From positions 72-64,071 of the forward strand of contig JASDSY010000032.1 in the NCBI GenBank assembly GCA_041441465.1: 64,000 nt of DNA. The letters run 5' to 3'. Positions 1 through 8,100 of the stretch are shown piece by piece (within the stretch, counting starts at the first letter, position 1; every line of letters begins with the position of its first letter). The translations under genes were made by a program, and so were the position numbers. This stretch comes from Candidatus Wallbacteria bacterium (GTDB lineage: Bacteria; Muiribacteriota; UBA9980). A model generated the notes under the pieces. It saw only the letters and a list, made by a program, of their open reading frames with translations. It was not told the origin of the DNA and did not search any database.

Positions 1-25
1 CGCGCATACGGACTGGCTGTCGCTT

Positions 26-3000
26 GTGGAGCAGAATGGGCTTATACTTTCGGAACCGGTTTTGCTTGAAAATTTTCCTGAAGGGTTTGAGCCGCAAAAC
101 GCAGCGTTAAAATTATTTAAAAGTCAGTACGAAAAATTTTGCGTGGCCGATTCGCCGGCGCCGGCCGTTTTTGAGTTTGTTGATTTTATTTTTGAGAGGC
201 TTCTTGGTTATAAGCTTTATAAGACAAACAATATGCCGGAATGTTATTCGTGCCGGCTTATTGAATATACGCAGGAATTAAAAGCACACAGGGCGCTTGA
301 GGCCGGCGAAAACAGCCTGCTTTTTTATGTAGTGCCGCGCGAGCAGAATTTAAAACGCAATGAAACAATTGACGGCCGCTGGAAAGCTTCGCCGATTGTC
401 AAAATTCAAAGGTTATTGCAGGAGACCGGCAGGCATTTTGGAATCGCCTCGAACGGGCATGAATTTATATTCATATACCGGCCCGATGAAGGCGGATTTA
501 ATTCGATTGCGTTTAATTCCAGGTTTATGATCGATGAGCCGAAAATGTTTAACGCGTTTCTTGGCATATTATCGGAAAAAGTTTTTTCAGGGCTTCTTAA
601 ACTGGCGCGCGATTCGTATCAAAAGCAGATAGAGCTTACGAATACGCTTGGCGATCAGGTACGGCGCGGGGTTGAAAAATTCATAAAAATTATGGACCGC
701 TGTGATATGGAAGCCGGCGGCGGGCTTTTACGCGGTATAGGGCATGATAAGATATATCAAATGAGCATAGCTTCGATTATGAGAATGATATTTCTGCTTT
801 ATGCGGAGGAACGCGGCCTTTTACCCTATGGCGAAATGATTTATGACAATTCATACAGCGTTCACACGCTTGTTAAGGACCTTGAGCTTGAAAAACGCGA
901 CACGCCGGAATTGTTTTCACATAACGCCGACGCGTGGCAGCGATTGGTTGCGCTTTTTAATTTGATATATTTTGGTTCGGGCCATGAGGACCTTAAAAGT
1001 CCTGAGTATTCGGGTGAGCTGTTTGAGCCTGACCGTTATGGCGTTTTGTATGATAAGAAATTCAGGCCAGTCAACAGTGAAATTTATGAGTGCTTGAAAC
1101 TTTTGACGCATACGCAGGCAAAAATCGGAAATGAGTATGTAAGTTCGGCATTTTCATATAAAACTCTCGGAGTTGAGCACATCGGTTATATTTACGAGGG
1201 CCTGCTCGATTATACCGTTAAGCGCGCGGACAATTCGGCAGTTATTAAGTTTGTGCCGGCGGCAAACCAGAAAACTGTCCGGCTTGACGAGCTTATATCT
1301 TTAAAGGGCGAGGCGCTTATAAATTTTGTGGTTGAGAATACCGGCAGCAAGAAAAACAGCGAAGCCAAGGTAAAAAAACTTTTAGACGAAAGCGTTGAAT
1401 CGCTTCCTGAATTAAAAAACATTGATTTGCCGGAAGAAATCAAGGATAAGCTGGCTCCTTTCGCGGCGCTTGTCCAGTTTAACTCGGTTATTTTGCCTGG
1501 CCGGCTTTATGTGTCGGAATCGGCTGACAGGAAGGCGTCGGGCGCGCATTACACGCCGCAGGCGCTTACCGAAAAAATCGTTAAGACGACGCTTGACCCG
1601 CTTGTTTATGTACTTGAAAAAGACAGGGACGGAAATGAATTGCCGGGGAAAATCGCACAGTCGCCAAAATTGAAAAGTCCGCGCGAGCTTCTGACTATTA
1701 AGGTGTGTGATCCGGCGATGGGAAGCGGCGCATTTCTGGTGCAGGCGGTCAGGTATCTTGCCGATAAGCTGGTTGAGACATGGCAGCTCGCGGCGAACGG
1801 CAATAATGAACAGCTCGTCATTCCTTACTGCCAGAAAAGTTTTGGCGCCGAAAATGAACGGCTGCTTCCGGCTGAATATGAGGAACAGTTAAAATACGCC
1901 AAAAGATTTGTGGCGATGGAATGTATTCACGGTGTCGATATAAATCCGCTCGCGGTTGAGATAGCAAAGCTTTCAATATGGCTTGAAACGCTGTCGAAGG
2001 ACCTGCCGTTTACTTTTATAGACCATAAATTACTGTGCGGCGATTCGCTGCTTGGCGTTGCGGCGGCTGATGATGCCGAAAAAATGACCCAGACGGAGTT
2101 ATATGATCTTTTCGGACAGTTTGACGCCAAAAAAATTGAGAGCGCGATAAAAGTTCGCCATGAAATTGAGACTATGCAGGATTTTTCGGTTGAGGACAGA
2201 AAAGTTAAAGTTGAAAAAATGCGCCGGTCCGATGAGGAATTAAAAGAATTAAAGGCGCATGTGACGAAGTTATTCAGAAATCATGTCGAGACGGAAATAA
2301 GCTCAAAGAGCGCAAATAAAAATGAAATAAACCAGAAATCGATAAATTATGACAGCGCTTTTCATTGGTTCATAAACTTTCCGGAAGTGTTTATAAGGCC
2401 GGAAAAAGATAAGGCCGGTTTTGACGCGATTATAGGCAATCCGCCGTTTTTAGGCGGTCAAAAACTTACAGGCTTTTTAGGCGAACCATACAGGGAGTAT
2501 CTTGTCGAGCATATAACTGGCGGAACGCGCGGTTCGGCTGATTTTGTGTCTTACTTCTTTTTGCGCGCGTACGGATTGCTTAAAAATAATGGTAATTTCG
2601 GGCTGCTTGCCACAAATACTATAGCGCAGGGCGATACGCGTGAAGCCAGTCTTGCTAAAATCGTAAATAGTGCGGTGATTTACGCGGCGTTTCCTGATGA
2701 ACCGTGGGAAGGCAACGCCACTGTGACAACGAGCCGCGTTCATGTATGCAAGGCAGAAAAATGGCACGGCAAAAAAATATTATTGGGCGGAGAGGTTGAT
2801 AATATTTCAGCGTTTTTGAGCGCGGAAGATGACAGAAAGCCTTTTACTCTGGTCGCGAATGTTAATAAAGCATTTCAAGGGTCAATTATTCTTGGACTTG
2901 GATTTACTATGTCAGAAGAAGAAGCTGCGAGGTTTATAAATAAAGATTCCAAAAATAAAGATGTTTTGTATCCATATTTGAATGGAAAAGATTTGAACAG

Positions 3001-4054
3001 CTCGCCGGCGCAGAGCCCGAGCCGCTGGGTAATTAATTTCTGGGACTGGGATATTGAACGCGCGAAGCAATATGAAGACCTATTTAAGATTGTCGAGGAA
3101 AAAGTCAAACCAGAAAGAGAAAAAAATAACCGTAAAATATATAAAGAAAATTGGTGGCAATATGCTGAAAAAAGGCCAGCTTTTTATCATGCAATAGGCC
3201 GCTGGCAGTTTTTTGAGAAGCATCCGAAAGGCTATGAATTCCCTGAAAAGCCTATGGAAAGGGTTTTATTAAAAACATTAACAAGTAAATATATGTCATT
3301 TTCATTTTATAATAATGATATTGTGTTTGATCAGACAAATATTGTTTTAGCATTTAATAAAAATTTTTATTTTGCAATATTGCAATCAAATTTACATATG
3401 ATTTGGGCAATTAAACATGGCGCAACTTTAGGATTAGGTCTTCGTTACACGCCGTCAGACTGTTTCGAGACATTTCCGTTTCCGGACATAATTCCGGCTG
3501 CTTCTGAAAAGGTTGATGAATTTATGGCCGCTTTCGGGCAGAGCGGTTATCGCGGAGCCGCAAATGAAAACGCCTATAATTTAATAAAAAAACTTGACAC
3601 GCTCGGTGAAAAATATCATGAACTCAGAAAAGCTATGATGCTAAAATTTGATATGGGCCTGACCGATCTTTACAACGCGTTTCATAATTCGGCTGAAACC
3701 CGTGATGAGTTTATGAACTTGCGTTCATTGCATAAGGAAATCGACGAAACGGTCCTGGCTTCATACGGCTGGGAAGATATAAAACTTTGCCACGATTTTA
3801 TAAGCGTTCCGTATTTGCCGGCAAATGACAGGCTGCGTTATACTATATGCGAAAAATCGCGAATAGAGATTTTAAAAAGACTGCTCCGCCTTAATTTTGA
3901 AAGGCACACTCTCGAGGCAGGTGAAAACAGTTCGGCATCCGGCACACATGGCGGTTCGGGAAAAAGTTCCAAACAATCGGATAAAAACCGGGCCGGAAGC
4001 GTCAAAAAGCAGGCCGCTAAAACTAACACAGATAAAACTGATGATTTATTTTAA
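26..4054 (+). CDS. MmeI/YeeA-family (type IIL/IIG-like) N6-adenine DNA methyltransferase with ~550-aa N-terminal extension; probably 5'-truncated by window edge
   Basis: 1342-aa ORF. The frame stays open back to nt 2 and no purine-rich RBS precedes the GTG at 26. Gamma-class MTase motifs are present: motif I VCDPAMGSGAFLV (nt ~1703-1741), HGVDINPLAVEIAKLSIWLE, and motif IV FDAIIGNPPFLGG (NPPF nt 2438-2449). The C-terminal half carries signatures I recognise from the MmeI/YeeA family: ENWWQYAEKRP, LQSNLHMIW, RYTPSDCFETFPFP. It ends in a Lys/Ser-rich low-complexity tail. Confidence 0.85.
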   Translation: MEQNGLILSEPVLLENFPEGFEPQNAALKLFKSQYEKFCVADSPAPAVFEFVDFIFERLLGYKLYKTNNMPECYSCRLIEYTQELKAHRALEAGENSLLFYVVPREQNLKRNETIDGRWKASPIVKIQRLLQETGRHFGIASNGHEFIFIYRPDEGGFNSIAFNSRFMIDEPKMFNAFLGILSEKVFSGLLKLARDSYQKQIELTNTLGDQVRRGVEKFIKIMDRCDMEAGGGLLRGIGHDKIYQMSIASIMRMIFLLYAEERGLLPYGEMIYDNSYSVHTLVKDLELEKRDTPELFSHNADAWQRLVALFNLIYFGSGHEDLKSPEYSGELFEPDRYGVLYDKKFRPVNSEIYECLKLLTHTQAKIGNEYVSSAFSYKTLGVEHIGYIYEGLLDYTVKRADNSAVIKFVPAANQKTVRLDELISLKGEALINFVVENTGSKKNSEAKVKKLLDESVESLPELKNIDLPEEIKDKLAPFAALVQFNSVILPGRLYVSESADRKASGAHYTPQALTEKIVKTTLDPLVYVLEKDRDGNELPGKIAQSPKLKSPRELLTIKVCDPAMGSGAFLVQAVRYLADKLVETWQLAANGNNEQLVIPYCQKSFGAENERLLPAEYEEQLKYAKRFVAMECIHGVDINPLAVEIAKLSIWLETLSKDLPFTFIDHKLLCGDSLLGVAAADDAEKMTQTELYDLFGQFDAKKIESAIKVRHEIETMQDFSVEDRKVKVEKMRRSDEELKELKAHVTKLFRNHVETEISSKSANKNEINQKSINYDSAFHWFINFPEVFIRPEKDKAGFDAIIGNPPFLGGQKLTGFLGEPYREYLVEHITGGTRGSADFVSYFFLRAYGLLKNNGNFGLLATNTIAQGDTREASLAKIVNSAVIYAAFPDEPWEGNATVTTSRVHVCKAEKWHGKKILLGGEVDNISAFLSAEDDRKPFTLVANVNKAFQGSIILGLGFTMSEEEAARFINKDSKNKDVLYPYLNGKDLNSSPAQSPSRWVINFWDWDIERAKQYEDLFKIVEEKVKPEREKNNRKIYKENWWQYAEKRPAFYHAIGRWQFFEKHPKGYEFPEKPMERVLLKTLTSKYMSFSFYNNDIVFDQTNIVLAFNKNFYFAILQSNLHMIWAIKHGATLGLGLRYTPSDCFETFPFPDIIPAASEKVDEFMAAFGQSGYRGAANENAYNLIKKLDTLGEKYHELRKAMMLKFDMGLTDLYNAFHNSAETRDEFMNLRSLHKEIDETVLASYGWEDIKLCHDFISVPYLPANDRLRYTICEKSRIEILKRLLRLNFERHTLEAGENSSASGTHGGSGKSSKQSDKNRAGSVKKQAAKTNTDKTDDLF

Positions 4055-4074
4055 TTATCGCTGGCCGCGAAGTT

Positions 4075-4395
4075 TTAAGCGACTTTAATATTATTGTTCA
4101 TAATTTCTTTAAAAAAAGGATTTGTTTCATTGAAATCTTTTAACAGAAATGGATGCGGTTCAATACGGCTGTCGATATTTCGCCTTATTTTCATTAATTT
4201 AAAAGTATCATCGATAAGGTCGCCGCTAAAATTATCGGCCACGACGGCAACATCAATATCGCTGTCTTCATTGTATTTTCCGTTGACATACGACCCGAAT
4301 AAATAAACTCCCTTTATATTGAAATCTTTTTTTAATAATTCCGAAAAATTTTTTACGATTTTCAGAATATTTTTTAAATCAACTTCAGCAGCCAT
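4075..4395 (-). CDS. Minimal nucleotidyltransferase (MNT), HEPN-MNT module partner
   Basis: 106 aa with the Pol-beta-type NTase motif LFGSYVNGKYNEDSDIDVAVV (GS-x9-DxD). Overlaps the upstream HEPN gene by 22 nt. Confidence 0.8.
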   Translation of the reverse strand: MAAEVDLKNILKIVKNFSELLKKDFNIKGVYLFGSYVNGKYNEDSDIDVAVVADNFSGDLIDDTFKLMKIRRNIDSRIEPHPFLLKDFNETNPFFKEIMNNNIKVA

Positions 4396-4760
4396 AATCT
4401 AAGCTCCTTTATTGTTTCAATATTTTCTAAAGTATATTTTTCAGTGCATTTTTTGTAAAAATTTTGTTTATAATCCGGATAACGAGCGCTTATGTTAAAT
4501 GTAGTCACAATATCGAGAGAATCTTTTTGCTGTTCATTAAGAATAATTCCTGCTTTTTCTGCAAGTCTTAGTAAATTATGCATTTTGGGAACATTTTCAT
4601 CTATATTTTTTACGTAAATTGCTTTTAGTAATTTTTCAATTACAAGATGACCTACAAATAAACTCCAGCAAAAATCATTAGTCGCAAATAAGTTTTTCAT
4701 TGTGCGAAAATCATTTTCTGAAGTATCTTTCCAATATTTTATTATTTCTTCTTTTTCCAT
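4374..4760 (-). CDS. HEPN domain protein (HEPN-MNT module)
   Basis: 128 aa, all-helical pattern. HEPN-like conserved positions are KMHNLLRLAEK and NISARYPDY. Translationally overlapped with the MNT gene. Confidence 0.75.
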   Translation of the reverse strand: MEKEEIIKYWKDTSENDFRTMKNLFATNDFCWSLFVGHLVIEKLLKAIYVKNIDENVPKMHNLLRLAEKAGIILNEQQKDSLDIVTTFNISARYPDYKQNFYKKCTEKYTLENIETIKELRLWLLKLI

Positions 4761-4851
4761 TTTAATTCCAATTTTATATAAAAAATATTCCTTAAAACAA
4801 ATTGTAACTTATTTATGTGTTAAAAGTCAATATAGTGAATAGAAAATCATC

Positions 4852-4880
4852 TTGAATTTATCAATGGTGTATTGTATAAT
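4852..4880 (+). promoter_or_regulatory. Sigma70-type promoter for the DUF2442-helicase transcription unit
   Basis: TTGAAT (4852-4857), 17-nt spacer, then extended -10 TGTATAAT (4873-4880), about 28 nt upstream of the ATG at 4908. Confidence 0.5.
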
Positions 4881-4907
4881 TTAGATAAAATTAAAAGAGA
4901 TGATAAA

Positions 4908-5156
4908 ATGTATCCTTCTGTAAAAAATGTAAAACCATTAAAAAAAAATATGTTATTGCTTAATTTTGACAATGGCGAAGTTAAGATATTTGATATGAAA
5001 CCTTATTTAGAACAGGGATTATTTAAAGAATTAAATGATGAATCTTTTTTTAATTCTGTTCATGTAAGTTTGGATACTGTTGAATGGTCAAATGGTGTCG
5101 ATATTTGTCCGGAAATTTTTTATGAACAAAGTGTAAAATTTGAAAATTGTGCATAA
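4908..5156 (+). CDS. DUF2442 family small protein
   Basis: The ORF track starts at 4872 (TTG). The ATG at 4908 is preferred because the TTG lies inside the predicted -10 box. MYPSVKNVKPL...LLLNFDNGEVKIFD...VEWSNGVDICPE resembles DUF2442. It ends 23 nt before the helicase gene. Confidence 0.6.
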   Translation: MYPSVKNVKPLKKNMLLLNFDNGEVKIFDMKPYLEQGLFKELNDESFFNSVHVSLDTVEWSNGVDICPEIFYEQSVKFENCA

Positions 5157-5179
5157 TTTAATAATTTAGAGGGTTAGAA

Positions 5180-8100
5180 ATGAGTTTAAATCCTGTAAAA
5201 TTTGGTAAGGATGTAATTGATCAATTCGGGCGTTATTTAAGAAACAGTTTTCCGATAGCTGATGAAAATATAGCGGCCCAGTTTAATGAAAAATTGCGAT
5301 ATTCAAGCGACAGCCTGATAGCTAAAGGTCCCTACATATACTTAAATAAGCCTTTTATCGAAGGAAAATCACTTTCTGACCTCATTAACGAAATTGGACT
5401 GCACCGCAACATAAAAGATATATTCAAATTTCCTTCAATGCATTCTCATCAGGAAAAAGCTGCCAGATTAGTCATTAAAGATAAAAAGAACATAATAATT
5501 TCGACGGGCACCGGCTCAGGAAAGACCGAAAGCTTCCTTCTGCCGGTTGTTGATTATTGCTTGAAAGCCATCGATAATAATGAAAACAAAGGATTAATGG
5601 CTGTAATTGTATATCCTATGAACGCGCTTGTAAATGACCAGCTTGAAAGACTGCGCCCGCTTCTTGCCGGCACCGGCATCACATTCGCCCGCTATACAGG
5701 CGAAACCCCCCAGAACGAAACAGGCGTTGAAAGGCTTGAACAGAAAAGAGGATACACTGAAAAAGAACTCAGCGATTTTTACGACAATAAGGCTGATCTT
5801 CCGATACCATACGAGGAGTGCTATTCGCGCGATGAGATCGTGAAAAAACGGCCGAATATATTGTTGACAAATTACAGCCAGCTTGAATACCTTCTTTTAA
5901 GAGATAAAGACCTTGACATATTTACCGGTAAGTCGCTTAAATACCTTGTCCTTGATGAAGTGCATACTTATACGGGCGAACTTGGCAGTGAAATGGCTTG
6001 CCTTTTAAGGCGGATAAAATCGCTGATGCGCGAGAATATAACGTGTATAGGAACATCGGCGACAGTCGCCGGAGATGGCAGCGGCGCTGAGGTGATTAAA
6101 AAATTCGCGGCAGGGCTTTTTGGCGAAAAGAAAGAAAGTTTTGAGGTTATAGAAGAGGAATACAAGGAATCTATATCTAAAAAACATAAGTCATATATTT
6201 CTAAAATTCCCGCAACTCCAGAATTATTATTAATTCAAATTCTCGATGAAGTGAAATCGCTTTATTTGCAAGCTGAAATTGATGAAATAACTCCTGAACT
6301 TTTGCGTTTGGGCGAAAAATTAACAGGCAGTCCGGCGGCTTCTGCCGGCGGCAAAAACATTGATAAACTTGGTGAGTTGCTTGTAAAAAGCGATTACATA
6401 AATTTAATTGAGGATTTTTTTTCAAAACCGTCTTTGCCTTCCGAAGTATTTCCGGCGCTGAAAAATACGGAATGTCGAAAATTATCGGCTGACAATGAGC
6501 TCGAAGCTGAATTATTGTCTTATTTAATACTTGGCGCTGTCGGTCGGTTTGAAAATGAACCGGTGATCAGGCCTAAGCTCCATTATTTCATAAGGGGCGC
6601 CGGCGGGGCTAAATGCACGGTAAATAACGAAAATGAACTCAAATTGTTTTTTGATAATAGTTATGATAAGGAGAAATACGCTTTTTCATTCAAAGTCTGC
6701 CGTGACTGCGGCCAGCATTTTTTTGACGTAGTCACCGAAGCTGATCCTTTAAATGAAGACGGCATAGGCGTTTATCAAATTTTACGCAACCGAAAAGACG
6801 GCGAGCAAATTTTAGGCGATGAAAAATCATGGTATATTACCAATAAATTAAACGAATTGGATGAAAACTCAGAAAGCGGTATTCCTGTATATTTATGTTC
6901 AAGCTGCGGCGCGGTCCATCTCAAGAAAACTGAAGTTTGCATGAAACCTAAATGCAGAAAAAGAGGCGCTATTGTTAAAATGGCGCTTTTTGAGGGTGAT
7001 ATAAAGTATTGCCCTTCCTGTTCAACTTCGATAATGCGCGGCAGTTATAACATGATATCCGAAATAAGGAGTGTCGAAGTTTCTGATGTCATGATTATCG
7101 GACAGTCAATGCTTTCTGCTATGCCTGAAAAGGAACTGCAAAAATTATTAATTTTTGCCGACAGCCGCCAGGACGCCGCGTTTCAGGCCGCGTGGATGAA
7201 TATGCGTTCCAAACGGTTTAATATGAGGTACCTGAATTATACGGCGATTAAAAATTTTAAAAGCGAATTTGATAATGCAATATCATTTGATAAAATGGTT
7301 TCGCTGCTTACTGATGAGGCTTTTAACGCCGGCATTTATAAGGATTCCGGTTTTAATAAAGAGGCCGTAAATAAAAAAATAAAGTGGTTTTTGATCGATG
7401 AATATGTATCGACACGCCAGAAATCCAATCTGGAGCGAATCGGGCTTGTAAGCGTCGTTTATTACGGCTTGAACGAAAATTACGAGGGTGACGCGTTTAT
7501 AAAGGAATGGGCGCAAAAATTAAGGGTTACTGAAGAAAAAGTCATAAATACGATAACTTTAATGTTAAATTACCTTAGAAAGCGCGGCGCGGTAAATGAT
7601 GAACTTGCCAGACGTCTCTGGAGCTATACTGATTCGGAAGTGCGCGACGGAATCATTCCTTTGATCGATGAATATAGGCCAGGCGCTTTTGTTTTAGAAA
7701 AAAACGAGGCGTTAAAGGACAAAGGCTATGTTAAAGGACTTATTTCTTCAAACGGCCGGTCGGGCGTCGAAGTAATATACAAAAAATCATTTCCAGGATC
7801 GCTTGCCTCGCGTGAATTTTTAGAAAATTTATGGGAATATTTAAAGGATAAAAATATAATCTGCGAATCGCGGCTGATTGTTAAAAAATATGGTAAATTC
7901 GAGGAATTGATAAAAAAATCCAGTAAAAAGCTATATCAGATTAATAAGGACGTTATAGGATTTAAAAGCGCTCAAAAAATATACAGATGCTGCACATGCC
8001 GCGAAATTTTTAATGTAATGCCTGAAAATATGAAGTGCATGAATTATAACTGTAAGGGCAGCGTCGTTGAAAGCGCGCTTGATACTGAAAATTATGATAT

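Noticed and set aside
4075-4760. HEPN-MNT as an integral enzymatic component of the MTase-helicase system
   Set aside because: This is not rejected outright, but it is not adopted as the primary interpretation. The opposite strand, distinct composition and self-contained TA architecture make an independent inserted module the more parsimonious reading.
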